The notes under the pieces: generated by a model | The model's database searches: none | The model's input: the letters and a program-made list of their open reading frames with translations, nothing else | What the model was told of the DNA's origin: nothing | In this document: positions 19,761 through 30,146 of the stretch, one piece after another | Position numbering within the stretch: position 1 is the stretch's first letter | Layout of the letters: the number at the start of each line of letters is the position of its first letter | Made by a program: the position numbers and the translations under genes | Assembly (NCBI GenBank): GCA_964601735.1 | Contig: CAZROO010000001.1 | Location: 52,093 to 116,092, forward strand | Reading direction: 5' to 3' | DNA from: an uncultured Pseudomonadales bacterium | Lineage (GTDB): Bacteria > Pseudomonadota > Alphaproteobacteria > UBA2136 > UBA6156 | Length of the DNA stretch: 64,000 bases

Positions 19761-21047
19761 ATGCGAGCCACCCCATTACGGTTATCTCTGGCGGTTATTG
19801 GCCACACCTCGCTTGCAGTAGTGGGCCTTGTCGCGCTTCCTTCTTACGCTGCGCCGGTGCCGGGCTACGTGCCGCCGGTCACCGAGGCCACCGCGCCAGT
19901 GTACGCTGACGATACCCGCGGCGTCTATGTTCCCGCCCATGAGCAATTGCGGATGAAGACCGAGCAGGAGCTTAACGCCTACAAGGCGGTCGATCAGGGT
20001 AACAAACCTTATTACGCGCAAAAGGCGCCGGGCGGCACTGGTTACGAGCGTGCCATGAACACGGTGGCCGACGGCGTGCCGGACGAAACCGCCGAGCTTG
20101 ACCGCATCGGCAATGACCCCGGCTTGCTCAGTGGCGGCGGCAGGCAAACCTCGCGCACGCCAACCGACGATGTCCTCGCGCAAAATAATATTTCTCCGTC
20201 GCCCGCGCCGCGCATCGCCGCTGCACCGTCGGCCGCGGGTACCGATTTAAGCCGCTACCCCTCCATCGCCACCGGCGGCGGTGCCGATATCGGCGCTGCC
20301 CGTACCACACCCCAGTTTTCATCAGGGCCGCGCAGTGACGGCGGCGAAGAAGTGGCCGTCGGCAGTCCCGGTGCCTCGGGTGCCACTACCGCCGGTACGT
20401 TGGACATGCAAAACAGCACGGTCAAACTTAAAGAAGAACGCGTGGCCGTGCGTCGCGTGCTCCAACGTATGATGGACCAGATTGGCGGCGGCAGCTGGAC
20501 AATCGTCTGGGACCTCGACGAGCAGAACGCGGGCCTGCCGGACATGGAAATCTCGATTTACGCCGAAGAGCCTTTCGTCAACGTGCTTAACGCCCTGCTG
20601 GCCCGCCTGCAAACCCGCAGCGGCACGCCGCTCCGCGTCATTAAGTACGACCGTACCCAACGCCTGGTCATCACCGACCGCATCGGTGGCGACGCCCGCC
20701 TGGGCGCGCCGTCGGGTGCCGGTGCCGGCAGCGGCGGCAAGGGCGGCAACGACCTCGCCGTGACCGAAAGCGTGCTCAAGGACAGCGTGGTAAGTCTTCA
20801 CTACGACGAAGTGCCGCTGGTCGATGCGCTTGAAAACATTATCAATCAGGCCGGCAAGGGCCAATGGCGTCTGCGCATGTACGCGGGCACCGACCAGGTA
20901 CTCAAGCCTGCACATATCGAAGAGCCTTTCGGCGTGGCGGTCGACCGCATCCTCAAGGTTTTCAACCTGCGTTACGAAATTTTCCCCGGCGGCAAGCTGA
21001 TTGTCGTCACCGGTGGCGACCGTTTCGGTTATCAAGGAGTCCAGTAG
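19761..21047 (+). CDS. PilL-like protein with two TcpQ-like domains
   Basis: Signal peptide, a Gly/Ala-rich linker, then two domains ending ..RVIKYDRTQRLVITD and ..EIFPGGKLIVVTG (TcpQ/PilL-type pattern). Lies directly upstream of the secretin, as pilL does in type IVb clusters. Confidence 0.55.
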   Translation: MRATPLRLSLAVIGHTSLAVVGLVALPSYAAPVPGYVPPVTEATAPVYADDTRGVYVPAHEQLRMKTEQELNAYKAVDQGNKPYYAQKAPGGTGYERAMNTVADGVPDETAELDRIGNDPGLLSGGGRQTSRTPTDDVLAQNNISPSPAPRIAAAPSAAGTDLSRYPSIATGGGADIGAARTTPQFSSGPRSDGGEEVAVGSPGASGATTAGTLDMQNSTVKLKEERVAVRRVLQRMMDQIGGGSWTIVWDLDEQNAGLPDMEISIYAEEPFVNVLNALLARLQTRSGTPLRVIKYDRTQRLVITDRIGGDARLGAPSGAGAGSGGKGGNDLAVTESVLKDSVVSLHYDEVPLVDALENIINQAGKGQWRLRMYAGTDQVLKPAHIEEPFGVAVDRILKVFNLRYEIFPGGKLIVVTGGDRFGYQGVQ

Positions 21048-21048
21048 A

Positions 21049-23109
21049 ATGTTCGGTGGGGGGAAAGTTACCCGGTTTTGTCTGCTTGCCCTCGGGCTTG
21101 TTTCTGCTGGTATCCTGAGTTCGTGCGGCAACGGCGTCAGCTTTGCCCAGCGCGAAAGCCCCGCCAACCAGTTCAAGGATTACCGCCCCGAAAACCGTAA
21201 CAACAGTGACGTGCTCGGCATCGGCGAGCCGATGTCGGCCAAGCAGGCCCGTGCCAACGCCACCTTCACCATGAAGGGCGAGTACGACCTCGAAGCGGTT
21301 ATGAACAAGGTCGCCGGCACCTACAACGTGGCAGTGCGTTGGGGTAACGGCGTGCGCAAAAACAGCCGTCACGACGTCCTCATCAACAGTCTGGCGTTCG
21401 ACGAAATGCGCAGCTACGTCGAAGACAACTTCAACGTCCAGATTATCCGCGAGGGCGCGCGCCGCCTGTTGGTTCTGCCTTCGGCCAGCGAGCCCCGCCT
21501 GACCAGCTTCAGCCCCGGCGACAACGTTACCCTCGGCGCTGCCCTCAAGGGCCTGGCGCAACAGTGCAGTTACAACCTTGTCATCAATGAGAACAAGGAA
21601 AAACTCTCCACCACCCACGTCAGCACGCACCTTAAAAACGTCACCTGCTTCGACGCATTCGAGGCCCTGCTCAACCCGCAAGGCCTTAGCCTGGTTTCGC
21701 AAGGTGATTACTACACCATCGGCGGCCTGCCGCAGCGTGAGTGGACGCTGAACCTGTACGAGCCCGAACGGACCGAAGAACTCACCGTCAACTATTCCTC
21801 CTCGTTCTCGGGTGGCGCGGGCGGTTCCTCCTCTTCAGGCGGCATCTCGAGCGGCAGCAGCGGTAGTAGCAGCGGCTCCACCAGCAACACTTCGGGCGGC
21901 AGCAACAACGTCTCCATCAAATACGATCGTAATCTGTGGACCGAACTCGAAGGCGACCTCAACCAGCTCCTGGCCAGTTCCTGTGAAGGCATGGGCGGCA
22001 CCGCTGGCGCCTCCTCCCCCGCCGCCACGCCCGCTGCTCCGTCTTCGGCTCCCGGCGCCACACCCAGCTTGTTGCCTCCTCCGGTGGTTAATGGCGCCAA
22101 CGGCAGCAGTACTGGCGGCGCCACCCCGGCGGCAGTACCCACTCCTCCCAGTCCCGTGGGCTTCCACCAGTCCAATCCTGCCGCCAGCGCTGCCGCGCCT
22201 TCCTGCGGGTACGTACGCATCAACCGTGCCGTGGGGCTGGTTCAAATGCGTGGCCCGCTGAATGCGCTTAACCAGGCCGACCAAATCATCCAGCGCGTGG
22301 CCGACATCGCCAGCCGCCGCCTGCTGCTGGAAGCCCGCGTCGTGGCCGTCACCCGCGACCGCAGCTACGATCAGGACGGCAAACTGCGCTTCGGCCGCCG
22401 CGGCAACGGTGCCACCACCAGCATAGGCAGCGGCAGCAGCATCACCTCCGCCATCAGCAATGAGCTTGCCAGCATCACTTCTTCCGCTGCGGGCGCCAGC
22501 ACCAATCTGTACGGCATCAGCGTGCAAAAGCTGAACCTCGACGCGGTCATGGGCATGCTTGAAAGCTATGGCACCACCTACGAGCTGATGCACCCCATCA
22601 TGGAGCTGATGGATCGCCAGCGTGCCACGCTGATTGATGGCCGCAACGAAAAATACTTCATTATCCAAAGTACCAGCACCACCGGCACGGCCACCACCAC
22701 GTCGGCCAGCGTCGATGAGCGCGACCAGTTTGTGGGCCTGCAGTTCTCGGCCAGCGCGCAAATCTCCGACGACCCCAACGAGCCGCACACCATCAGCCTG
22801 CAAATTCCGATTACTTCAATCGTGAAGACCGTCGATATTCCCAATCCCAACTACGACGGCACTAATGGTTCTCCTATCAGCGGCCAGGCGCCGGTGGCGT
22901 CCACCCGCCTGATCGACCAGAAGGTCCGCATTCGCGACGGTGAAATCAAGGTCATCGGCGGCCTCACCCGCACCCTGGCCACCGACAACGAAAGCGGCCT
23001 GCCGATCATCCGCCAAATCTCGGGCCTGGGTAAGCTGTTCAATACCGAAGGCATTACCTACGAACAGGTCGAGTTTGTAGTTTTGCTACAGGTCAAACGG
23101 TTAAGTTAG
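21049..23109 (+). CDS. type IVb pilus secretin lipoprotein (PilN/BfpB-like)
   Basis: Lipobox LSSCG. C-terminal secretin signature VIGGL..ESGLPIIRQISGLGKLF..VEFVVLLQV. AAGGAG precedes ATG 21049. A Ser/Gly/Pro-rich insert is present. Confidence 0.85.
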   Translation: MFGGGKVTRFCLLALGLVSAGILSSCGNGVSFAQRESPANQFKDYRPENRNNSDVLGIGEPMSAKQARANATFTMKGEYDLEAVMNKVAGTYNVAVRWGNGVRKNSRHDVLINSLAFDEMRSYVEDNFNVQIIREGARRLLVLPSASEPRLTSFSPGDNVTLGAALKGLAQQCSYNLVINENKEKLSTTHVSTHLKNVTCFDAFEALLNPQGLSLVSQGDYYTIGGLPQREWTLNLYEPERTEELTVNYSSSFSGGAGGSSSSGGISSGSSGSSSGSTSNTSGGSNNVSIKYDRNLWTELEGDLNQLLASSCEGMGGTAGASSPAATPAAPSSAPGATPSLLPPPVVNGANGSSTGGATPAAVPTPPSPVGFHQSNPAASAAAPSCGYVRINRAVGLVQMRGPLNALNQADQIIQRVADIASRRLLLEARVVAVTRDRSYDQDGKLRFGRRGNGATTSIGSGSSITSAISNELASITSSAAGASTNLYGISVQKLNLDAVMGMLESYGTTYELMHPIMELMDRQRATLIDGRNEKYFIIQSTSTTGTATTTSASVDERDQFVGLQFSASAQISDDPNEPHTISLQIPITSIVKTVDIPNPNYDGTNGSPISGQAPVASTRLIDQKVRIRDGEIKVIGGLTRTLATDNESGLPIIRQISGLGKLFNTEGITYEQVEFVVLLQVKRLS

Positions 23110-23188
23110 GCAGGTTACTTGTAAGGGCCTGGTTATATGGGCCTTATACGCCTGTTATTGCTAACCAGATAACATAAAGGAAAAATAA

Positions 23189-23845
23189 ATGAATCTTAAG
23201 CAAATGCTCAAGATGGTACGCTCCAGCAAGGGTTATACGCTGGATCAGACCATCCTGATTATTGCCATCATCGCCATCCTGGTCACGCTCATCATCCTGA
23301 CCGTGGGCTGGAGCCTCATCAACCGCGCCTCCGGTACCCGTCTGGCCAGCCAGCTGGGCAACGTGCAGGACGCGCTGGGCAACTACTACGGCGACGTCAA
23401 GCAATGGCCGCAAGGCACCGTCAGCAGCCCCACGCTGGATGCCGCTGCTTTGGCCGGCTTTAACGACAAAAACAGCAGCACCAAAAACTATATCGCTGGT
23501 CTGACGACCTCGGCGGCGGGTGTTACTCACAACCTCAACAGCCAAAGCAACCGTAATGTGCTGCTCAGCCAGGTGGCTGGCAGTGCAACGGCCTGGACCG
23601 GTCCCGCCGGCACCACCTACGAAGTGGTTGAGTTCCAGAATGTGGCTGGCAGCGACTTCACCAATGCCGACAACGCCATCGACAGTGGCGACGGTGGTAG
23701 CGCCGGTAGCGTGCGCGCTATCGCCGCAGCGGGTAGCGCTCCTGCCGCTGGTGCCGGTTGCTTTGCTGCGACCCCTACCTTCGTCAGCAGCACTGCCGCC
23801 AACACCTACTACGACATCTGCTATCGCGCCAACAACGTGCAGTAA
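23189..23845 (+). CDS. type IV (IVb-like) major pilin, paralog 1
   Basis: 15-aa leader ending KG, then YTLDQTILIIAIIAILVTLIIL, and a C-terminal Cys pair (GCF...DICY). A strong terminator follows. Confidence 0.75.
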   Translation: MNLKQMLKMVRSSKGYTLDQTILIIAIIAILVTLIILTVGWSLINRASGTRLASQLGNVQDALGNYYGDVKQWPQGTVSSPTLDAAALAGFNDKNSSTKNYIAGLTTSAAGVTHNLNSQSNRNVLLSQVAGSATAWTGPAGTTYEVVEFQNVAGSDFTNADNAIDSGDGGSAGSVRAIAAAGSAPAAGAGCFAATPTFVSSTAANTYYDICYRANNVQ

Positions 23846-23858
23846 CGCTGTCGTTATC

Positions 23859-23891
23859 CAGCAGGGGCCCGTAAGGGCCCTCGCTGTTTTT
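23859..23891 (+). terminator. rho-independent terminator after pilin gene
   Basis: GGGGCCC-GTAA-GGGCCC hairpin followed by TGTTTTT. Confidence 0.65.
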
Positions 23892-24001
23892 GCGGCAGTT
23901 AAGCCACTGTATTTTAAATAAAGCCGCCCTCTGGCTGGCGCCCTTGCCCTGGCTAAAGTATTTTTCCCAAAATCGATGAACCGAACGCGGGAAGCCCCAC
24001 C

Positions 24002-24658
24002 ATGTACCGTCGCATCCTGAAAAAAAATCTTCTCGCCCAGCCGGGCTATACGCTCGACCAGACCATCCTGATCATCGCCATCATCGCCATCCTGATTACG
24101 CTCATTATCCTGACCGTGGGATGGAGTTTCATTAACCGTGCCTCCGGTACCCGCCTGGCCAATCAGTTGGGTGATATGAAGGATGCGGTCTCAGGCTATT
24201 TTGGCCAGCACAAACAATGGCCTGCGGGCATCGTCAGCAATCCCACCAACGACGCTGCCGCGCTGGCTGGTTATAACGATAAAAACGGCAACACCAAAAA
24301 TTACCTCGTCGGCCTGCTCAGCAGCGCCAGCGGCGTCACGCATAACCTCAATCTCATGCCCAACCGCAATGTGCTGCTCAGCCAGGTCAACGGCAGCGCC
24401 AGTAACTGGCCGGGGCCGACTGGCAGTGTCTACGAGGTCGTGGAATTCCAGAATATTTCAGGCAGCGATTTCACCGCCGCCGATGCCGTCATCGACACGG
24501 GCGACGGCGGTGCTCAGGGCAAAATCAGGGTCATCGCGGCGGCGGGCAGTGCTCCGGCGGCGGGGGGTGGTTGTTTTGCTTCGTCCCCCAGCTTTGTCAG
24601 CAGCACCACCGACAATAGCTATTACGACGTCTGCTACGCTTCCAACAACGCGCAGTAA
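24002..24658 (+). CDS. type IV (IVb-like) major pilin, paralog 2
   Basis: Leader ending PG, then YTLDQTILIIAIIAILITLIIL. Colinear with paralog 1 and the same length, 218 aa. Confidence 0.75.
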   Translation: MYRRILKKNLLAQPGYTLDQTILIIAIIAILITLIILTVGWSFINRASGTRLANQLGDMKDAVSGYFGQHKQWPAGIVSNPTNDAAALAGYNDKNGNTKNYLVGLLSSASGVTHNLNLMPNRNVLLSQVNGSASNWPGPTGSVYEVVEFQNISGSDFTAADAVIDTGDGGAQGKIRVIAAAGSAPAAGGGCFASSPSFVSSTTDNSYYDVCYASNNAQ

Positions 24659-24771
24659 CCCGTCGCGCAAGTGAGGCAGGCGGGCCACCCTCCGCCACGT
24701 ATCTCCATCCGTCGGGGTGCGGCTCCGCCTTTTTGACGGTAGGCTGGGGCAACAGCAAAAATATAGTAAGA

Positions 24772-26601
24772 ATGGCCACCGACCCGAACACCTTCATCGC
24801 CACGCCCCAGGAGAGCCTGACGCCGGTGTGGGAAGTCGAGCCCGATATCAAGGCGGCCGACGCCACTGGTACCGCGGGCTCGGCCGAAACCCCGGTAAAC
24901 GAGGGCGATACCTACCGGCGTGCCCTCAACATTATTCTCAACGCCACCGATCTCCAGCTCGATAATCTGGCGCGGAGCGAAATCCAGGCCGCCCTCGCCA
25001 GCGGGCGCCCGGCCCAGTTGCTGTGCCGCGAGTTGCTCGATAAAAAGCTGCTTCTTCCCCAAATCCTGGGCCGTGCACTGGCTCGTGCCAACCATGCCAG
25101 CGAAATCATGACGTTTACCGAAATTCCCAGCGGTGCCGGCCAGTTGCGCGACGAACTGCCGCCCCGGGTCACCGCCATGCTGCGGGCCGAGCGCATGATT
25201 CCGCTGGTTGTCAAAAAAAACGAGAATAACGAAATCGCCGAATTGCATGTCGCGGCCGAAACCCTGGGCCGCGACCTGGTGCTGGAAAACCAGTTGCGTG
25301 ACATGCTCAACCCCGGCGCCAGAATCGTCTGGCATTTCGGCCTGCGCGAGGTCGCCGGTGCGTACTGGCTGTCGGGCGCCACCGCCGATGTCGATACCGG
25401 TATGGAGGCCGAGGCCCTGCTCGAGCGTATCCTGTCCACCGCCATCGACGCCCGCGCCTCCGATATCCACATCGACCCCTCTATCAAGGGCGAGCCGCGC
25501 GCGCTCATCAAGTACCGCATCGACGGTTTCGTGCACCCGAAAGAAATGGTCACCCTCGACCAGCTTGATCGCCTGCGGGTGCGCATCGAAAACGTCGCGC
25601 GCATGCCCAAGGTCAACCTCAATCACCCCAACAAGGGCGCCTTTAGCCGTGTCGGTTACGACTGGCGTGTGCAAATGCAGCCGCACGCGGGCCGCCAGGG
25701 GCCGGTGCCGCGCATCGTCATCCGCCGCCTCAAGCCCGAGGTGCTGCCGCTCGAGGCGCTGGGCTATCCTCCCGATTTCGTCGAAAAAATCATTCAGGCT
25801 GCAGCCGCACCCAACGGCGTCATCTTCTGGACCGGCCCCACCGGCTCGGGCAAAACCGAATCCATTCACGCCGCACTGGTGTCCGCCAACCCGATGGCTC
25901 GGGGCCTCAGCGTCCATACCATCGAAGACCCGCCGGAAAAACGCGTGCCTGGTTACGCCGTGCAAATGGAAGTGGCCGAGGAAGACCCCGCCCGCACCGC
26001 ACTGCAATTGCTCAAGTCCTCGCTGCGGGCCGACCCCGACGTGGTGATTTTCGGTGAAGTCCGTGATGCCGAAATGGCCAAGCTGGTGTTCGAGGCCGCC
26101 AATACCGGGCACTTGGTGTTCACCACGCTGCACACTAACACCGCTCTCGATAGCATTTTCCGCCTGGTCGAACTCAAGGTAAACGGCTTCCTGCTCAGTT
26201 ACGTGCGTGGCATCGCGGCGCAGCGGCTGGTGCGGCGCCTGTGCACGCACTGCCGCATCCGCCAGGAGCCGATGGACGATTTTGCCCGCTATATTTTCGA
26301 TCGCTATCAACTACCGTCCGAAGGCGCCGACGTCTACAACGCCAATCCGGATGGTTGCCTCAACTGCAATTTCACCGGCTACTATGGACGTATCGCGGTG
26401 GCCGAATGGCTGCAACCTACCAAGGAAATCATCGAGGCTACGGTGGCGGGCCAGTATGACCAGCTCGAAGACATGGCCCGCCGTGCCGGCTGGCAGCCGA
26501 TGGGCCGCATGGGCGCGCAGCACATGGCCGCGGGCATCACCGATGCCGCCGAACTTTCCAGTAAAATTCTCGAACTCGCGGCTGCCGCGCTGGTGAAATA
26601 A
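24772..26601 (+). CDS. GspE/PilB-family pilus assembly ATPase (PilQ of IncI nomenclature)
   Basis: Walker A GPTGSGKT, Asp box, Walker B VVIFGEVRD, His box FTTLHTN, and tetracysteine CTHC...CLNC. Confidence 0.9.
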   Translation: MATDPNTFIATPQESLTPVWEVEPDIKAADATGTAGSAETPVNEGDTYRRALNIILNATDLQLDNLARSEIQAALASGRPAQLLCRELLDKKLLLPQILGRALARANHASEIMTFTEIPSGAGQLRDELPPRVTAMLRAERMIPLVVKKNENNEIAELHVAAETLGRDLVLENQLRDMLNPGARIVWHFGLREVAGAYWLSGATADVDTGMEAEALLERILSTAIDARASDIHIDPSIKGEPRALIKYRIDGFVHPKEMVTLDQLDRLRVRIENVARMPKVNLNHPNKGAFSRVGYDWRVQMQPHAGRQGPVPRIVIRRLKPEVLPLEALGYPPDFVEKIIQAAAAPNGVIFWTGPTGSGKTESIHAALVSANPMARGLSVHTIEDPPEKRVPGYAVQMEVAEEDPARTALQLLKSSLRADPDVVIFGEVRDAEMAKLVFEAANTGHLVFTTLHTNTALDSIFRLVELKVNGFLLSYVRGIAAQRLVRRLCTHCRIRQEPMDDFARYIFDRYQLPSEGADVYNANPDGCLNCNFTGYYGRIAVAEWLQPTKEIIEATVAGQYDQLEDMARRAGWQPMGRMGAQHMAAGITDAAELSSKILELAAAALVK

Positions 26602-27686
26602 TGGGTCTGCAAATTGGCCGTACTAAACTGTCAACGCCCGACCGCATCGATTTTTTCAAAACTATGGCGGGCTGGCTCGAGGCTGGCGCGGGCCGCACCA
26701 GCGTGGCCGAGGCCGTGCGCAACACCTGCGAAGCCTTCAGCCACGATGAATACCTCAGCCTCAAACCGGCCATGGACAACATCATCAATCAGGTCGAAGA
26801 AGCCCAGACCATGCTGTACGTAACGCTGATGGAGTCACGCCTGGGGTTCGAGGCGCAGGAGCTCGCCATCATCGAAGCCGCCGAGCGCACTAACCAACTG
26901 CGCAAGGCCGTACCTTCGCTGGTACGCGCCATGGAGGTTCAATACAAGGGCCGCCGCTCGCTGCTGGCCAAGCTGGCCGGGCCGCTGGCCATCGGCTTCC
27001 TGCTTATCCTCATGTCGCTGGGGGTTCTCATTTTCATGCTGCCGCTGGTGGTGGGCCCGGTCATCCAGCGTAACGACAAAGCCCTGGCCCACTTTCCCAT
27101 GATTTTGCGTGGTTACTGGTACACCTCGGTCTGGCTGCGGGCGCATCCGTGGGTGCCAGTGGTCGTGGTTTTGTTTCCCATTGTTTTCTTTTTCCTCCGC
27201 AATACGCCGCTCATCCGGCCCGGCTTCCAAAAGTTCCTGATGACCTGGCATCTCAGCCGCCGTCTGATCCTTGGCTTCAATTCCATGCTGGTGGTGTACT
27301 TCATGCCTGCGCTCATCCGTTCGGGGCTGCCCAGCTACCGGGTGCTGTACAACCTGGCCGACTGTATTCGCAATCCCATCCTCGCGGGCCAGTTCCGCCT
27401 CGCGGGGCAAGACCACGAAGCCGGCATGCGCTTGTCCGATTCCCTCGGGGCCATCCCGTTCAAGGCATCTTTCATCAACGCGGTCAACGCGGGCGAGGCC
27501 ACCGGCGCGGTGGCCGATCGGGTACAGGATCTGCAGGAACCCTATACGCTTGACCTTGAACGCAATATCCAACGCATCGTGGCTATCTTAAAAGGGCTGG
27601 TGATGGCCGTGCTGCTGCCGTTCTTCATCGTCTCAACCTACACCGCGCTGGTGGGGCCTATTTTTGCCCTCATGGAGTACCACTAA
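26601..27686 (+). CDS. GspF/PilC-family inner-membrane platform protein
   Basis: About 360 aa, duplicated GspF-like halves with three TM regions; start overlaps the ATPase stop (TAATG). Confidence 0.8.
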   Translation: MGLQIGRTKLSTPDRIDFFKTMAGWLEAGAGRTSVAEAVRNTCEAFSHDEYLSLKPAMDNIINQVEEAQTMLYVTLMESRLGFEAQELAIIEAAERTNQLRKAVPSLVRAMEVQYKGRRSLLAKLAGPLAIGFLLILMSLGVLIFMLPLVVGPVIQRNDKALAHFPMILRGYWYTSVWLRAHPWVPVVVVLFPIVFFFLRNTPLIRPGFQKFLMTWHLSRRLILGFNSMLVVYFMPALIRSGLPSYRVLYNLADCIRNPILAGQFRLAGQDHEAGMRLSDSLGAIPFKASFINAVNAGEATGAVADRVQDLQEPYTLDLERNIQRIVAILKGLVMAVLLPFFIVSTYTALVGPIFALMEYH

Positions 27687-27687
27687 A

Positions 27688-28974
27688 ATGGTGCCTCTTA
27701 TTTTCAGCCGCCGCAGCATCCACCTCTGGCCCAAGGACGTCAACACTTATACCGCACTGTTCGTGCCGTCGCAGGACCAGGTCGTCACCCTGCGCGACGT
27801 CGCCAACAGTACGGAGGAAATTGCCCAGCGCCTGCGGGCCGAAGGCCGCACGCCGCTGTGGCGCCAAAAGCGCGGGCAAATCACGGTCTACGGGTTTTTG
27901 CCGCCCGAACTCAAAGACGTCCGTCAGTCCCTGCGTGTCTGGCTGGCCGAGGATTACGCTCCCAAGGAGTGTTCGGCATTCTTCTTCGTCATCGACAAAT
28001 GGGTCATCCACGCCATCAAGGAAATCGACGACGAGCGCCGCGAAACCTGGCGCAGCACGGTCATGTCGTATGGCGAAAAAACGCTCGTCAAAAACGTCGT
28101 CAACGCCGCAGCCGATCTGCTGCTGCGCTTTCCGCCCAAGGAAATCTGCGTCGCCGTGGACGGCGGGCTGGAGCGGCTGGAGCAATTCAAGCGCGACCTC
28201 GAAAACCTCGGCATCGCCTGCCAGCCCTTCGAGAGCTTGCGGCCTGCCGCCGGCGCCACGCTGCTCTATCGCCACCGCGATTACACCGTGCCGATGTTCC
28301 TCAGCCTGGTACTTTTCGGCCTGCTTTTTGCGGCCATGCTGGTGCAGCTGACTTTCCATTATGCCGAGGCCAATAAACTGCAAAGCAACATCGACTCCCT
28401 GCGTCGGCAAATCGAAAGTGTGCAAATCAGTAAAAGCCTGGGCTACATCCGCGAACCGCAACCGGTGCTCGACGATATCCGCAAGCCGTTTCAGCAGCAG
28501 CCGTCCGCCATTCTCGATGCCGCGGCGCGCTTTGGCCGGGTGCTGGGCAACCTCAATTCGGTCAGTTTTGTCACCGGGCCTGCGGCAGGGCCGGGGGCCA
28601 AACCCGACGAGACCGGCCTTATGCTGGCAACGGTCGAATTTTCCAACGTGTTCGATAAAATGCTGGTGAACCAGGAGAGCGCCACGCGCCAGCTCCTGCC
28701 GCAAACCCCGTGGATTCGTGAAGTGCGGGCCCAACCGCAGGGTGGCAGCAACCTCACCCTCAAGCTGGAGCTGCAAATCGGCGCTGCCGCCGGCGGCAAA
28801 ACCGTGCCCAGCGCCACCTCGGTGTTCCAGCCGCTGCTGAGTCCGCCCGAAGGCGCCTCACCCACGTTACCGGGTATCGCCACGCCCATGCCGTTGCCTG
28901 CGGCCCCGGTGGTTTCCGGCGCCATGCCACCGGCACTTCCGCCACCGGCCGCCATGCCCGGAGGTAACCGATGA
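27688..28974 (+). CDS. bitopic pilus biogenesis protein (PilO of IncI/BfpC-like size and topology)
   Basis: Cytoplasmic N-domain, one TM (LSLVLFGLLFAAMLV), a periplasmic coiled coil and a Pro-rich tail. Size and position resemble R64 PilO. Confidence 0.45.
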   Translation: MVPLIFSRRSIHLWPKDVNTYTALFVPSQDQVVTLRDVANSTEEIAQRLRAEGRTPLWRQKRGQITVYGFLPPELKDVRQSLRVWLAEDYAPKECSAFFFVIDKWVIHAIKEIDDERRETWRSTVMSYGEKTLVKNVVNAAADLLLRFPPKEICVAVDGGLERLEQFKRDLENLGIACQPFESLRPAAGATLLYRHRDYTVPMFLSLVLFGLLFAAMLVQLTFHYAEANKLQSNIDSLRRQIESVQISKSLGYIREPQPVLDDIRKPFQQQPSAILDAAARFGRVLGNLNSVSFVTGPAAGPGAKPDETGLMLATVEFSNVFDKMLVNQESATRQLLPQTPWIREVRAQPQGGSNLTLKLELQIGAAAGGKTVPSATSVFQPLLSPPEGASPTLPGIATPMPLPAAPVVSGAMPPALPPPAAMPGGNR

Positions 28975-29483
28975 ACCGCCGCAGCGTCCTCACCCTCTGG
29001 GCTGTGCTTCTGGTGATGTTACTCATCGGCACACTGGTGGTGTTCAAGTTTAGCAGCAGCGAAAAAACGGTCATCCAGCAGCGACAGTCCGACCTTGCGG
29101 CCAGCCGTCAGGAGCTCGAAAATGTCTCGCGCCTGTCCACCGCGCTCAAAAAGCTCGACCAGCTGACTATCGATGAAAACACTGCCACGCGGCTCGAAAT
29201 CTTGCGCCACCTGCAAATGGAAAACAACGATTACAACATCATCATCGGTTCCCGTTCACCCCACGTGGTGGGCTCGGTTTCGCTTACGCAGCGTCAAATC
29301 ACCATCATCGCCGACCTCTCCTACGCCGATGCCATGGCCCTGGCCGACCGGGTTTACAACCAGAGCAGAATGAACGTCACCGGCGTCACGCTTTCCAATG
29401 CGCCGGATGCTTCCGGGGCCGAGGTCGAAGTCAAAATCGACGGCATGCTCTACGGCCTCGACAAACACGAGCCGCAGTCATGA
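28971..29483 (+). CDS. PilO/GspM-like bitopic assembly protein
   Basis: N-terminal TM, coiled coil and small C-domain; ATGA overlaps on both sides. Confidence 0.45.
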   Translation: MNRRSVLTLWAVLLVMLLIGTLVVFKFSSSEKTVIQQRQSDLAASRQELENVSRLSTALKKLDQLTIDENTATRLEILRHLQMENNDYNIIIGSRSPHVVGSVSLTQRQITIIADLSYADAMALADRVYNQSRMNVTGVTLSNAPDASGAEVEVKIDGMLYGLDKHEPQS

Positions 29484-30118
29484 GAACCGTTCGTTGCCTG
29501 ACCCTCACCGGCCTGCTGCTTGCTTCCGCCAGCATCGCCGCGGCACAGGAAGACCTGCTCTGGAAGGCCGAAAATAACACTTCTCCCACCCTTGTGCCCA
29601 TGTATCAGGGGTGGAGTACAACCTTCAGGATACCTTCATCCAAGCCAGCCCCTGTGGCCGATAACAAGCAAAAGGAAGCAGACGCCGAGGCCGCCAAGGC
29701 CGCGTTGCTGGCCGCCCAGCGCGAGGCCCAGATACGGCAGGAGGAGGCGAATGCCAAGAAAAAGGCCGCCGCCCTCCTGGCCAACCCGGGTGCCATCGCG
29801 GCCAATATGCAAAATGTCCAGGTCGACGGCATCTTGCAGGGGCCGGGGGGCAACAGCATGCTGCTGGGGGGGAGCTGGCTGCAGGAAGGCTCACAGCTTC
29901 TGGTGTCCTCCACCGTCAGCAACCCCACGCTCAAGGCCATTTCCAGCCTCCAGGGTAACGACACGATGGCCGCCAACCTGGCCAACGAAGGCCTCCAGGC
30001 CCGCCTGACCAAACAGCCTTCCATCAGCATCACCCTGGTCCAGGTCACCTCGGCGAGCGCCATCTTCAGTGACGGCCACCAGCGCTATACGGTCAAAGCG
30101 AGTCAGTCGGCATTTTAG
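29480..30118 (+). CDS. periplasmic protein with PilP/GspC-like segment
   Basis: Signal peptide, Lys/Ala-rich coiled coil, then VDGILQGPGGNSMLLGGSWLQEGSQL, resembling PilP/GspC HR domains. Confidence 0.4.
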   Translation: MRTVRCLTLTGLLLASASIAAAQEDLLWKAENNTSPTLVPMYQGWSTTFRIPSSKPAPVADNKQKEADAEAAKAALLAAQREAQIRQEEANAKKKAAALLANPGAIAANMQNVQVDGILQGPGGNSMLLGGSWLQEGSQLLVSSTVSNPTLKAISSLQGNDTMAANLANEGLQARLTKQPSISITLVQVTSASAIFSDGHQRYTVKASQSAF

Positions 30119-30146
30119 AGCATCCGCATAAACCCAGGGGTAGCCC

